NCBI GenBank assembly: GCA_041740355.1
Contig: JBGSMD010000051.1
Location: 140,487 to 204,486, forward strand
Direction: 5' to 3'
Length of the DNA: 64,000 nucleotides
From: Bdellovibrionota bacterium
GTDB lineage: Bacteria; Bdellovibrionota_C; UBA2361; CALJRW01
Numbering within the stretch: position 1 is the stretch's first letter; the number at the start of each line of letters is the position of its first letter. Shown one piece after another: positions 1 through 10,200 of this stretch. Under the pieces are notes generated by a model, which did no database searches, was not told where the DNA came from, and was given only the letters and a program-made list of their open reading frames with translations. Position numbers and translations under genes: made by a program.

Positions 1-119
1 ATATCTTCGAAACTTGGTTTGGTATGGATCCAACTAATCCAGATACCAATGGAGATGGAATCCTTGATGGCAATGAAGTCTTCGTTCAATCTTTAGATGA
101 AAGTGATAATTTTAAATAG
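1..119 (+). CDS. 3' end of a truncated CDS with a thrombospondin type-3-like Ca-binding repeat
   Basis: Frame from nt 3 reads [38 protein letters not shown] (TAG 117-119); [17 protein letters not shown] is a typical DxDxDG acidic Ca-binding repeat. Confidence 0.6.
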   Translation, partial: IFETWFGMDPTNPDTNGDGILDGNEVFVQSLDESDNFK

Positions 120-127
120 GATATTTC

Positions 128-523
128 ATGTCAATAATTAATGAGTTCAAAGAGTTCGCAATCAAAGGTAATATGGTTGATATGGCAGTTGGAATTATCA
201 TTGGCGGAGCCTTTGGTAAAATTGTTTCTTCACTAGTGAATGATTTGATCATGCCACCAGTGGGATTAATCATGGGAGGAACTGATTTTACAAACTTAAA
301 GGTGACTCTTAAAGAAGCAATTGATAAAAGTCCTGCTGTTACTTTTAATTATGGTAGCTTTTTACAGACTTCCCTAGATTTTTTAATTTTAGCTTTCTGT
401 ATTTTTTTGATGATTAAAGCGATTAATAAAATTAAAAAAGATGCTCCTGAGGCACCTATTGCCGGACCAACAGCTGAAGAAAAGTTATTAATAGAAATTC
501 GCGATTTATTAAAGAAACAGTAA
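128..523 (+). CDS. mscL: Large-conductance mechanosensitive channel
   Basis: [33 protein letters not shown]-terminus and [10 protein letters not shown]-terminus. Confidence 0.97.
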   Translation: MSIINEFKEFAIKGNMVDMAVGIIIGGAFGKIVSSLVNDLIMPPVGLIMGGTDFTNLKVTLKEAIDKSPAVTFNYGSFLQTSLDFLILAFCIFLMIKAINKIKKDAPEAPIAGPTAEEKLLIEIRDLLKKQ

Positions 524-573
524 GGATAATAAGCTTTAATCTAACCAAATATAAAAGATTAAGTGTTGTCTTT

Positions 574-631
574 ATATAGTTAAGTCCAAAAAGTAATTCC
601 CAATGGAAATTATTTTTTGGATTTTCTATAT
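574..631. repeat. Intergenic palindromic repeat family A (hairpin-1 module only)
   Basis: atatagttaagtccaaaaagtaattcc-caat-ggaaattattttttggattttctatat; near-identical to 12947-13003 and similar to 16629-16678. Confidence 0.8.
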
Positions 632-652
632 TTAGCGGCTTTATAAAATAGG

Positions 653-721
653 GCTTCCACCTTCGCTAAAGCTTCGGCGGACAAGAAAGCTTCGGCGGAT
701 ATGAAAGTTACGGCGGGCAAG
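653..721. repeat. GC-rich REP-like repeat family B with three tandem 18-nt units
   Basis: gcttccaccttcgctaaagcttcggcggacaagaaa (653-688) matches the reverse complement of 11780-11815 at 34/36; tandem units aaagcttcggcggacaag / aaagcttcggcggatatg / aaagttacggcgggcaag at 668-721. Confidence 0.8.
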
Positions 722-737
722 TATCAAGTTTAAATGC

Positions 738-1451
738 CTACTTAAGTAATCCTCTTAGGAAATAAAAAGCATGCTTGGGGCTAAGCTTAGATTTACCATT
801 TGTCCGAAATGAAAACTGATATTGAATCTCCTGATAACTTGTATCCTTTGGAAATATCTTTAATAAATCAAAAAAGACCTTGTAACCCAGGGGTTCAAAA
901 CGTAGTTCGTGTTCTTTAATTAACTTTTGACAATCTTGTGAATTAGATAAAAAGAAACCAGACATCGGATCACTAACTATTAATCCTTTCACAATTTTTA
1001 AATATAATTTTGCCAATAGTGTTGCCGATTTTGTAATAACAATCCTGTGCCACCCTTGATTTTCTTGATAAGGTTTTCTGACCCCTGCTACAATTTTAGT
1101 ACCATTTCTTGCTAGATCATATAAATCTTTAATTAAAAGTGGTGGATGCTGTAAGTCAGCATCGATAACTAGAAAATACTTTGTTTCTGCTTCTTGGATT
1201 GCTTCCATCACACTGGCAGTCAGACCTTTCACAGGCTTTGCGGAACGATCCAGTAACTTGATTTTAGGATTTTTAATAATCCAATCACGAACAATCTCAG
1301 CAGTGCGATCTTTACTACCATCATCAGCAATAATAATACTTGCGCCTGTGTAGATCTCGGTCAAAACTCGTAATAACTCAGGAATATTTTGTTCCTCATT
1401 CAGCGTTGGAGAAATAATTGTTAAATCAGAAAAGTCTTTTTGTTCAGTCAT
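738..1451 (-). CDS. Glycosyltransferase family 2 (polyprenol-phosphate mannosyltransferase, DPM1-like)
   Basis: IISPTLNE, ADDGSKDRT, IDADLQHPP, DPMSGFF motifs. Confidence 0.9.
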   Translation of the reverse strand: MTEQKDFSDLTIISPTLNEEQNIPELLRVLTEIYTGASIIIADDGSKDRTAEIVRDWIIKNPKIKLLDRSAKPVKGLTASVMEAIQEAETKYFLVIDADLQHPPLLIKDLYDLARNGTKIVAGVRKPYQENQGWHRIVITKSATLLAKLYLKIVKGLIVSDPMSGFFLSNSQDCQKLIKEHELRFEPLGYKVFFDLLKIFPKDTSYQEIQYQFSFRTNGKSKLSPKHAFYFLRGLLK

Positions 1452-2395
1452 TTAGCCAGTTTTAAATTCTCACGAATACGATCATGAATTGGACGAGAAT
1501 CTACTGCTAATTCACGACCCATTAAGCGTGCAAAGGAACTTAAATATAAATTAGCGACAGATTTTCGATACTCATCGCTTATTGTTGGAACAGGACCCTC
1601 TCCATTAAAACCCTGTTGCAATAACCATGCACGCACATTTTGCTTATCCAACATTATGGGGCTGCTTCCCGAAGCAAAAGCTTCCTCGTAAGAAGACTCC
1701 TCCCAATAGCGCGAAGAATCAAGGGTATGAATTTCATCAGCAAGGATTAACTTCCCCTGATAAATTCCAAATTCATACTTTGTATCAACTAAAATTAAAC
1801 CTTTTTTCTTAGCAATTTGCTGACCTCGCTGAAACAAAGCAATTGCTTTCTCGCGTAATTCTTGCCACAAGGCAACAGGCACTAAACCTGTTCTAATAAT
1901 TTCCTTTTCTGAGATTGGGAGATCATGATCTCCTTGTGGTGCTTTAGTCGATGGGGTAATCAAAGGTTCGGCGAACTTGGAGAATGCCTTTAAGCCAACA
2001 GGTAATTTAACCCCTGAAATCTCCCTTCCAGCTTGATAATCAAGAATTGCACTACCTGCAAGGTAACCACGAACTACTACTTCAACAGGAACCATTTGCG
2101 CTTGTTTAACAAGCATTACGTTTGGATCCGGATGATCAATAAGGTGATTTTCAATAATATCAGCGGTCAATTTAAAATTCTCCATGGCCATTTCTGTGAT
2201 AACCTGACCTTTAAATGGAATTGTAGTAAGAATTCGATCAAAAGCGCTAAGTCGATCAGTAGTAATTAAATAGCTTACATCCTTGGAAAAATAACAATCT
2301 CTTACTTTACCCACATACTTATCACCAAGTCGTGAATAGTCTGTTTCAACCAGAACATTATTTAAATTTTCAGTAATCAACTTATCATATTTCAT
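1448..2395 (-). CDS. purC: SAICAR synthetase
   Basis: GKVRD, TDRLSAFD, PVEVVVRGYLAGS, LVDTKYEFG, DEIHTLDSSRYW, DKQ motifs. Confidence 0.96.
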   Translation of the reverse strand: MKYDKLITENLNNVLVETDYSRLGDKYVGKVRDCYFSKDVSYLITTDRLSAFDRILTTIPFKGQVITEMAMENFKLTADIIENHLIDHPDPNVMLVKQAQMVPVEVVVRGYLAGSAILDYQAGREISGVKLPVGLKAFSKFAEPLITPSTKAPQGDHDLPISEKEIIRTGLVPVALWQELREKAIALFQRGQQIAKKKGLILVDTKYEFGIYQGKLILADEIHTLDSSRYWEESSYEEAFASGSSPIMLDKQNVRAWLLQQGFNGEGPVPTISDEYRKSVANLYLSSFARLMGRELAVDSRPIHDRIRENLKLAK

Positions 2396-3476
2396 GTTTT
2401 GTCTTTTTTGGTTTCTTTCTGTTATGTAGTTGCTTGATCAATTTTAAATTCCACTCCGCTATCTGCAGCGCCCGATAAGGAAAATTAAGTGGATTTTTAA
2501 TCGTTTTTAAACTACTAATGGCTCTAAACTTTTTCGGTATTTTTTTTCTCCATTTCTTGGCATTATAAAGAACTTTCAAATATTTTAATAATCCAACATT
2601 ATTATTGATAGCAGCTGCTAGCTCAGGATGTTCTGCTTTTCGGACATAAAACGCCGCTCGGCGATACTCTTTTAATATACATTTGAAACTAGCATCCTGC
2701 CAAGCCTCAGAGTTATTCAACATTTTTAAAAAAAGATAATTCGCTAACTTGAAACGTAAATAAGCTAGATGAATAGAAGATCTCCAGACCTGCGAGACTG
2801 CTCCAATTGACCTTAAATTTAATTCAGTTGGTTTACTAATTGCCGCCAGAAGTCCTGCTGTAAAATCAACTGTAGCCTGATGCGGCTTACGAAAGACCCT
2901 GATCATTGGAACATCACTGACCAATTTTAAACCTAAATTCAGCTCCGCAGTTAATGCTAAATCGTTTAAATTTATACTATAGGGTGGGGCAATTAAAAGA
3001 TTTAGTTGATTTGAATTTCCCCAGACAATGATTCTTGCTTTTTCTTTCTTACTTAAAAGCTTTTGGGCTTCCTGATAACTACTAACTGAGTAATTTAGTT
3101 TATAGATTTTGACATTTGAATCTTTTGGCCAAGCAAGATTTAGATCCTGTAAAAACTTACGACTTTCTTTGCCATGTAAGTCATCAGCAAAATTGGCTAA
3201 GTAAAACTGAGCCTCAAATAAATCGGGTTTTTTACTAACGATTACAAACCAAGTAATAGTAATTAATAAGGTTAAAATTATCAAGCCAGTATGCATTTTT
3301 TGATTGTTAACTTTAAGCTTTAAAGACAGAGTAATAACTAATATTGCACAGACTAACTGAGCTATTCCTGGTGCAATTAACTGCTGAGTAATAAGCAGTT
3401 GATAGCAGACGCCTAAAAGTAGAACTAAAAATAAATATAATTTGAGTTTCATTGAAGGGGACAGTGCACTGAGCAA
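2385..3476 (-). CDS. Hypothetical membrane-anchored protein (N-terminal TM helices, possible C-terminal TPR-like helices); start may be at 3452
   Basis: 363-aa ORF overlapping the purC start; three hydrophobic segments at the N-terminus. Confidence 0.7.
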   Translation of the reverse strand: MLSALSPSMKLKLYLFLVLLLGVCYQLLITQQLIAPGIAQLVCAILVITLSLKLKVNNQKMHTGLIILTLLITITWFVIVSKKPDLFEAQFYLANFADDLHGKESRKFLQDLNLAWPKDSNVKIYKLNYSVSSYQEAQKLLSKKEKARIIVWGNSNQLNLLIAPPYSINLNDLALTAELNLGLKLVSDVPMIRVFRKPHQATVDFTAGLLAAISKPTELNLRSIGAVSQVWRSSIHLAYLRFKLANYLFLKMLNNSEAWQDASFKCILKEYRRAAFYVRKAEHPELAAAINNNVGLLKYLKVLYNAKKWRKKIPKKFRAISSLKTIKNPLNFPYRALQIAEWNLKLIKQLHNRKKPKKTKHEI

Positions 3477-3579
3477 AAGTTTTACAAAATCAACAGGGAT
3501 TCAAAAAATCATTGCCAGAATAATTTTTAGTTGACTATAAATTATCTTAGCCTTTTCTAAAGAGATTGTCACAGTCTGA

Positions 3580-3899
3580 GCCTTCCTTAAGATCATTTTT
3601 ATTTGTAGATTTTTAAGCTCTCAAAGGACTACTCTGGGAGTATTAACTCTACCTAAATAGATCCTCCAAATAAAGATAAAGTAAGGACAAATTAAACTTA
3701 ATCTGCTATTTATTACCCATTGTTTTTTGGCTTGGGTAGCTTATTTACAACGCCTATTAATATTTAGTTTCCCAGAGACTTGCAAGTCGGAGCAAACCTC
3801 TAAGGAGTTTGAGAACATTAAATGTATTTAGCTTTCAAAAGGTCAATACCGGAGGCCACAAAAACGGGTAGTTCCTGTCTGTTTGTTAACGACTACCTG
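3580..3899 (+). ncRNA. Candidate structured RNA or long leader upstream of def
   Basis: Nested long-range stems (3580-85/3851-56, 3591-94/3841-44, 3615-19/3830-34, 3620-25/3808-13, 3632-39/3770-77); G-U wobbles fall on the + strand; no long ORF. Confidence 0.45.
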
Positions 3900-4019
3900 C
3901 TTATAGTATAACGGATTTGAATTTCATGTTAAGATTCATACCTCTTAAAAGGCTAACTTGGGGCTATTTTGATTAACCAGAACAGAATTTTTAATTGGCA
4001 AGTTTTAGTAACAAATTAA

Positions 4020-4535
4020 ATGAGTACTCTTAAATTAGAATTTTATCCATCGCCGATTCTGCGTGAGAAGAATCTGGAGATTACTAAGATCACCCCACAA
4101 ATTAAGAAACTAATTACCAACATGATTCAAACGATGTATTACGAAGAAGGAGTTGGTCTAGCTGCACCACAAGTTGGTGTAAATTTACAACTAGCAGTTA
4201 TTGATGTCTCTGAAAAACAAGCCTCTCCAATCGTCTTGATTAACCCCAAGATTATTCATACTCAAAATAAAATTAAGTCGGAGGAAGGCTGTTTAAGTAT
4301 TCCTGGATATCGTGAGACAATTCCTCGCTTTCAAATTGTAAAGGTAAGTGCCCTGGATCAAGATCTTAAACCATTTGAAATCGAAGCTGATGGACTGTTA
4401 GCAAGATGTCTGCAACATGAAATTGATCACTTACAGGGCGTACTTTTTATTGATCACCTCGGGCGACTAAAAAAGAAAATGTTTGAGAAATGGCTGCAAA
4501 ACTATGATCCAGATGCAGAAGATGAAAATGAATAA
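4020..4535 (+). CDS. def: Peptide deformylase
   Basis: GVGLAAPQ, EGCLS, QHEIDHL motifs. Confidence 0.97.
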   Translation: MSTLKLEFYPSPILREKNLEITKITPQIKKLITNMIQTMYYEEGVGLAAPQVGVNLQLAVIDVSEKQASPIVLINPKIIHTQNKIKSEEGCLSIPGYRETIPRFQIVKVSALDQDLKPFEIEADGLLARCLQHEIDHLQGVLFIDHLGRLKKKMFEKWLQNYDPDAEDENE

Positions 4536-5481
4536 TAAACCCCGAATCATTTTTTATGGAACTCCAGCCTTCTCGGTTCCAACACTTGAGCAGTTAATTA
4601 ATAATTCTGCTTGGGAAATAGTTGCAGTTATTACTCAACCAGATCGCCCTAGTGGTCGCGGAAAAAAACTTCAACATTCACCAATTAAAGACTTAGCCTT
4701 AAAACATAATTTGCCAGTCTTACAACCGGAAAATATTAAGCGCGAGATAGCTGAATTTTTATCTGAGCTACAAATGCTGGCTCCAATTGACCTTGCTGTC
4801 GTCCTTGCTTTTGGCCAGATCATCCCTTTAAGCGTTTTAGAATTTCCCAAAAATGGCTCAGTAAATGTTCATGCTTCACTGCTTCCTAGATGGCGAGGAG
4901 CTGCTCCAATTCATCGTGCAATCGAAGCCGGTGATTCCGAAACAGGTGTATGTTTAATGAAAATGGAAGCAGGATTAGATACTGGACCAGTCTATTCCTC
5001 CAGAACTATTCCAATCAAAACTAATGAAACTACCGGTACTCTGCACGATCGCTTAGCAAGATTATCGGCAGAGATAATCAAAGCTGATTTGCTTAAAATT
5101 ATAAATCAAGAATTAAGTCTAACTCCCCAGAATTCCAACTTGGCTACTTATGCCAAAAAAATATCTAGAGCAGAAGAAAAAATTAACTGGAACCAGTCAG
5201 CAAAAACTATTCACAATAAAATTCGCGCCTTCAGTCCTTTCCCTGGTGCGTACACTTCATATCAAGATAAAATTCTTAAAATCTTAGATTCTGAAGTTCG
5301 CACTGAGCCACATCAACATACAGCTGGGCAGATTATCTACGTTGATAAAACTACTTTAGAAATTGCTTGCCAAAATAGTAGTTTAATTATTAAAAGTATT
5401 AAAGCCGAAGGTAAGCGAATTATGACAACTCAAGAATACTTACAAGGAAATAATTTCCAGACAGGAGAACAATTTAAATGA
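4528..5481 (+). CDS. fmt: Methionyl-tRNA formyltransferase (start re-assigned to ATG 4528)
   Basis: IIFYGTPAF, TQPDRPSGRG, NVHASLLPRWRGAAPI; follows def. Confidence 0.96.
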   Translation: MNNKPRIIFYGTPAFSVPTLEQLINNSAWEIVAVITQPDRPSGRGKKLQHSPIKDLALKHNLPVLQPENIKREIAEFLSELQMLAPIDLAVVLAFGQIIPLSVLEFPKNGSVNVHASLLPRWRGAAPIHRAIEAGDSETGVCLMKMEAGLDTGPVYSSRTIPIKTNETTGTLHDRLARLSAEIIKADLLKIINQELSLTPQNSNLATYAKKISRAEEKINWNQSAKTIHNKIRAFSPFPGAYTSYQDKILKILDSEVRTEPHQHTAGQIIYVDKTTLEIACQNSSLIIKSIKAEGKRIMTTQEYLQGNNFQTGEQFK

Positions 5482-6131
5482 ATAAGATTATAATTGCCCC
5501 ATCTATTTTGGCTGCAAACTTAGGAAACTTATCTCATGACTTAGAACTGATCAACCAATCTCAGGCAGCTTGGATCCACATTGATGTGATGGACGGATCA
5601 TTTGTGCCTCCAATTACTTTTGGAGACAATGTTGTTTCAGTCTGTAAAAAATATTCCCAAAAGTTTCTAGATGTTCACCTAATGATCGACCATCCCGAAA
5701 ATCATTTTCAGGAATTTATTAAAGCAGGAGCAGCAGGTATTACTTTTCATTTAGAAGCAACTAAGCAGGCAAGCAGATTGCTACAATCTTTAAAAGAACA
5801 AGGAGTCCAAGCAGGCCTAGCAATCAAACCAAATACACCATTCGAGTTATTTCAAGATTTAATTCCAGAACTAGATCTGCTTTTAATTATGACCGTTGAG
5901 CCTGGCTATGGTGGACAGGCATTTATGCCCGAGATGATTAATAAAATTAAGCTCGCTGCAGAGTATATCAACACTAAAAAGCTCCCTACTAAAATACAAG
6001 TGGATGGTGGAATTAATTTAGAAACCGGCAAAAAATGTTGGCAAGCAGGAGCAGAAATATTAGTTGCTGGATCTTATGTTTTCAATCATGATAATCCAGT
6101 ATTGCAAATTGATTCTTTACTCTTTTCATAA
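5478..6131 (+). CDS. rpe: Ribulose-phosphate 3-epimerase
   Basis: IAPSIL, HIDVMDG, DVHLMI, MTVEPGYGGQ, VDGGIN. Confidence 0.96.
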   Translation: MNKIIIAPSILAANLGNLSHDLELINQSQAAWIHIDVMDGSFVPPITFGDNVVSVCKKYSQKFLDVHLMIDHPENHFQEFIKAGAAGITFHLEATKQASRLLQSLKEQGVQAGLAIKPNTPFELFQDLIPELDLLLIMTVEPGYGGQAFMPEMINKIKLAAEYINTKKLPTKIQVDGGINLETGKKCWQAGAEILVAGSYVFNHDNPVLQIDSLLFS

Positions 6132-6719
6132 ATGACCACACTTCTTATTCTAATTTGTGCCTATTTAATCGGATGTTTTCCCACAGGACTAATAGTTGCT
6201 AAGTCTCAAGGAATTGATATTACAAAAATTGGCAGTGGAAATGTTGGCGCTACTAATATTGCTCGTAACATTGGTAAGAAAGCTGGCTTAATTACCTTAG
6301 TGGTTGATTTACTAAAAGGCCTCCTTCCCGTCTTAGTCGTTACCAACATTGAGTCACTAAATAACATCAACAGTCTGGTTGCAATCATGACAGTCCTCGG
6401 ACACTGTTTCTCCCTGCCAAAATTTTTAAAGGGTGGTAAAGGTGTGGCAACTGGACTGGGGGCAATCTTAGGATTATCACCGCTACTTGGAATTAGTGCT
6501 CTGATTATTTTTGGGGTTATTTTTAAACTAAAACGAATTGTATCTTTAGCTTCGCTTATCGCCGTTGCTGCCGTCCCTTTTCTTGGGGTAATACTGACAG
6601 CTAACTGGGACTTTGGAACTCACCTGCTAATCATCAGCTTGGTTATTGCCTACAAACATCGTGAAAATATTCAGCGTTTACTATCTGGCGAGGAACAAGT
6701 CTTTACGAGCAAGAGCTAA
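6132..6719 (+). CDS. plsY: Glycerol-3-phosphate acyltransferase
   Basis: GSGNVGATN, GHCFS, KGGKGVAT, HRENIQRL. Confidence 0.95.
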   Translation: MTTLLILICAYLIGCFPTGLIVAKSQGIDITKIGSGNVGATNIARNIGKKAGLITLVVDLLKGLLPVLVVTNIESLNNINSLVAIMTVLGHCFSLPKFLKGGKGVATGLGAILGLSPLLGISALIIFGVIFKLKRIVSLASLIAVAAVPFLGVILTANWDFGTHLLIISLVIAYKHRENIQRLLSGEEQVFTSKS

Positions 6720-6964
6720 GTAAAAATTTATAAAATTACATTTTACGTAGCAACTTTATCAATATCTTTGTAACCAATAAATTTTCTATAATGACCACTG
6801 CTTACTTGTAACTACTTGATACTATTAAAGATAATACTAATTGTTAAATATCGCTAAAAGTTGATCCGGCACTAGGTAAGCAATAAACAGAACCCCTTAA
6901 AGTTGACTAATTCAGCTAGATAACTTATTACTAACGACCTAAAATTACTTTACATTTTTTTATT

Positions 6965-7564
6965 ATGAGTTACAGAGGCCCAAAAGTTAAATTATCCCGC
7001 AAGCTAGGAATTGCACTGACAGATAAAGCTGCAGTAGTAATGAACAAACGCCCAAATCCACCAGGACAACATGGTGCCAAAAGAAGAAAGGCACAGTCAG
7101 AATTTGGTAAGCAGTTACTTGAAAAGCAACGTTTAAAGTTTCAATATAATATTAGTGAAAGACAATTAAGAAAATATTGTGACGATGCTATCAAAAGTAA
7201 AGGAAATAGTTCTGAACTTCTAATCAATACTTTAGAGTCTCGCTTAGATGCAATGATCTATCGTTCTGGTTACTGTCCAACAATTTTTGCTGCTCGCCAG
7301 TTCGTTGTTCACGGACACGTTATGGTTAATGGCAAAAAAGTAGATATTCCTTCTTTCTTAGTTAAGACTACTGACATTGTTGCAGTTAAAGAAAAGAGCC
7401 AACAACTTCCGATGGTTCAGGTTGCAGTTCATAAAACAATTGTTCCTCCATACATCGAGCAAGACAAAAGTGCTTACACATGTAAGTTCATGCGTTCGCC
7501 TGAAAGACAAGAAGTTCCAATCATCTGTGAATTACAGCGCGTTGTGGAATTCTATTCTAGATAA
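6965..7564 (+). CDS. rpsD: 30S ribosomal protein S4 (stand-alone)
   Basis: YRGPKVKLSRKLG, PPGQHG, QLLEKQ, LESRLD, ARQFVVHGH, VVEFYSR. Confidence 0.97.
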   Translation: MSYRGPKVKLSRKLGIALTDKAAVVMNKRPNPPGQHGAKRRKAQSEFGKQLLEKQRLKFQYNISERQLRKYCDDAIKSKGNSSELLINTLESRLDAMIYRSGYCPTIFAARQFVVHGHVMVNGKKVDIPSFLVKTTDIVAVKEKSQQLPMVQVAVHKTIVPPYIEQDKSAYTCKFMRSPERQEVPIICELQRVVEFYSR

Positions 7565-7586
7565 CTTCTTAGATAGAACAAAAAGA

Positions 7587-7623
7587 AAAACCAGATTAAG
7601 TTAATACTTAATCTGGTTTTTTT
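7587..7623. terminator. Intrinsic terminator after rpsD, likely bidirectional
   Basis: aaaaccagattaag-ttaata-cttaatctggtttt followed by a T-run, between convergent rpsD and pilin genes. Confidence 0.85.
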
Positions 7624-7677
7624 GTATCTACTAATTCCTAAAAAAATTGATACTTAGAAAATCTAACCACTCAATTT

Positions 7678-8163
7678 CTATGAGCAAGATCCCCAGCTCA
7701 ACCAAGCATCAGAATAACCCCCTGTGTTAGCTTGTATTACGTAGGTTCCAGACACTCGACAATCCTTTACCCCAAGATAAATTTGATAGCCAGCTCCAAA
7801 ACCACCATTTTTGGTGATTGATAAAAAATAACGAAGCCTATTTGGGTCGGTGTTATTAAGAAGGGATGGCATATAAAATCCCAAACCATTATGAGTAGCT
7901 GAATAATTTGTTTTATTTTCTGTCATTACAGTTGCAGAAATAGACATAGAGGCTGAATAACCGTGTGCTAGTGAAGACGAACCTATTGGGATATCATCTA
8001 CTATTGCATTGGCCGCTGTCAAAATGTTCTTTGACGTTGTGATAACATTTGCTTTATAAGCAGCTTTTCGAAACTCCTCAAATACTTGGACAGACAAACT
8101 AGCTAAAATACCTACGACTACAATAATTACTAATAGTTCAACTAGGGTAAATCCCTTGTTCAT
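7678..8163 (-). CDS. Type IV pilin/pseudopilin-like protein (start re-assigned to 8163)
   Basis: Class III signal MNKG/FTLVELLVIIVVVGILA. Confidence 0.85.
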   Translation of the reverse strand: MNKGFTLVELLVIIVVVGILASLSVQVFEEFRKAAYKANVITTSKNILTAANAIVDDIPIGSSSLAHGYSASMSISATVMTENKTNYSATHNGLGFYMPSLLNNTDPNRLRYFLSITKNGGFGAGYQIYLGVKDCRVSGTYVIQANTGGYSDAWLSWGSCS

Positions 8164-8196
8164 TTTAGCTTTAAATAAAATAATAATTAACAAGAC

Positions 8197-9252
8197 TTAG
8201 ATTCCTCTCATCCAATTAAACCGATCAACAATTTTCCCATAGCGAATATCAGTAAATTCCTTAGCAATCTTGGAAGATAAAGAATCTGAATTAAACTCTG
8301 GCAGTTGATAATCTTGTCCTTGAAAACCAATTGTTTTAATTGGGGCCACAACCGCAGCAGTACCCATTCCAAAAGCTTCTTGCAAGATACCTGCATCAAT
8401 TGCTGAGATAATCTCTTTAACAGCTACGGGGCGCTCTTCAATCTCCATGCCCCAACCTTTAGCCATCTCCAAAATAGAATCCCTAATAACACCTGCTAAA
8501 ATAGTATCACCTAATGCCGGAGTAACAAGCTTACCGTTAATTAAGAACATCAAATTCATTGTACCGGACTCTTCCACAAACTGGTGAGTTGCCGCATCAG
8601 TCCAGATTAGTTGGTCATAACCATCTTTTTGGGCCGCAAACATAGGATTTAATGAGGCAGCATAATTACCTGCTGTTTTAGCAAAACCTGTTCCACCCTT
8701 CGAAGCCCGACAATAATGTTCCTCCACCCGGACCTTTAATGGTTGAGAATAATATTTCCCAACAGGACACGAAAAAATTATAAATTTATATTTAGTGGAA
8801 GGACGAATCCCAATATACTCATCAGCAGCAAAGACAAAGGGACGGATATACAATGACATTCCCTCACCCGCAGGGACCCAGGCCTTGTCTAGATTTAAAA
8901 GGGCATTTAATCCATCAAAAAATATTTCTTCCGAAATAGCTGGCATTTGCATTCGTTCAGCAGAACGATTTAAACGGGCCCAATTTTTTTCCGGTCTAAA
9001 CAATTTAACTTGATCATCAATTGTGCGGTAAGCTTTCATTCCCTCAAAAATTGATTGTCCATAATGCAAAGTAGCGTTTCCTGGCGTTAAGCTTAATGGT
9101 CCATAGGGCTCAATTCGAAAATCAGTCCATTCACCATCATAATCAGCAACAAACATATGATCGGCATAAGTCCTACCAAAAACTAAATTCTGAAAATCAA
9201 CCTCGCTGATAGCAGATATAGGTTTTTTATTGAGCTTAATATTTATCGACAT
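8197..9252 (-). CDS. ilvE: Branched-chain amino acid aminotransferase
   Basis: LHYGQSIFEGMKAY, LYIRPF, AKTAGNYAA, EESGTMN, ILAGVIRDS, GTAA. Confidence 0.95.
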   Translation of the reverse strand: MSINIKLNKKPISAISEVDFQNLVFGRTYADHMFVADYDGEWTDFRIEPYGPLSLTPGNATLHYGQSIFEGMKAYRTIDDQVKLFRPEKNWARLNRSAERMQMPAISEEIFFDGLNALLNLDKAWVPAGEGMSLYIRPFVFAADEYIGIRPSTKYKFIIFSCPVGKYYSQPLKVRVEEHYCRASKGGTGFAKTAGNYAASLNPMFAAQKDGYDQLIWTDAATHQFVEESGTMNLMFLINGKLVTPALGDTILAGVIRDSILEMAKGWGMEIEERPVAVKEIISAIDAGILQEAFGMGTAAVVAPIKTIGFQGQDYQLPEFNSDSLSSKIAKEFTDIRYGKIVDRFNWMRGI

Positions 9253-9429
9253 ATAAAAATTAGGTAAAAGTATACTAAGAGTATAACAAGAAGCTTCGGC
9301 TCTGGAAAGTCAGGGATACTAAATGAATTTCGATATTTACAAAGTACCTCTTAATGGTCGCAGGATCGCTAGGGTTATTAACCTTAAAAAATATGTTTAA
9401 TAACTGAGGAAAACAAAGATACTACCTAT

Positions 9430-10200
9430 TTATCTTAGCAAATGGCGATTAGTATTTTCTGCTTCCTTTATTCTGGCTTCAGAAAATAGGCGGTGGGCAC
9501 TACGAATATTTGGATGAGTATAATGACAGTCAATCAACTCCGAAACGGTCTTGTTCAATAAGAATAAGGAATCAGCCAAGACAGCCTCTGTTAAATTTCT
9601 TTGATCTAAACTACTTTGCATCTTACTAAAACTTAGATCCATGGTGTCATCACTTTGTGCTAGTGCTAACTCCTGCAATTCTTGCTGGACATAGCCATCA
9701 AGTATTATTTTCTTTAGGCCCTCAGTCAATAATGCTTGATATGCTTTGATAAAAAATCTAGGTTCAACCTGAGTCTCAAACTTAAGTTGCGTGACCTTTA
9801 AAAGATACTCATGTAAATCAAGGCCAGTTGATTCTTTGAAAGAATTTAAAAACTCCGTGCGCAATTCGCTAGCATTGAGTCTATGTACTTCCTTTTCGTT
9901 AGTAATTTTACTAAATCGGAATTCTTTTTTTTCACCTGATGTTAAATCAAGAAAGGTAACTTTAGGAAGTGCTGAAGTACGGTCAGCTTCTAGCTTAATA
10001 GAAAGAAGCATCGTGGAAACTAGCTTCAACAAGATTTTCTCATCTTTAGTTAATTCTGGATTAGTCTGAATTCTATCTAAACACTCGGCCTGTGACTTAC
10101 TAGCAGGTGGTAGCGGGGTGAGGTTTGTACGCGAGGCTCTTCCACCCTCAAAATCTAAGGTCCCTTGAACAACATTTGGTTTTTGTCGATCAGAACGCAT
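9430..10200 (-). CDS. Hypothetical protein
   Basis: 256-aa ORF, no recognisable motif. Confidence 0.6.
   Translation of the reverse strand: MRSDRQKPNVVQGTLDFEGGRASRTNLTPLPPASKSQAECLDRIQTNPELTKDEKILLKLVSTMLLSIKLEADRTSALPKVTFLDLTSGEKKEFRFSKITNEKEVHRLNASELRTEFLNSFKESTGLDLHEYLLKVTQLKFETQVEPRFFIKAYQALLTEGLKKIILDGYVQQELQELALAQSDDTMDLSFSKMQSSLDQRNLTEAVLADSLFLLNKTVSELIDCHYTHPNIRSAHRLFSEARIKEAENTNRHLLR

Noticed and set aside
668-721. Three 18-nt tandem units as a CRISPR array
   Set aside because: No spacers, units too short, no cas genes
3618-3806. Glycine or c-di-GMP riboswitch-like words (actctggga, ggagcaaa, ctctaagg)
   Set aside because: Order and spacing do not fit the aptamer consensus; the region is kept only as an unclassified structured candidate
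3960-3985. ggggctattttgatt as a tmRNA 5' end
   Set aside because: No GGATTCGAC, no tRNA-like 3' end; def starts 60 nt later
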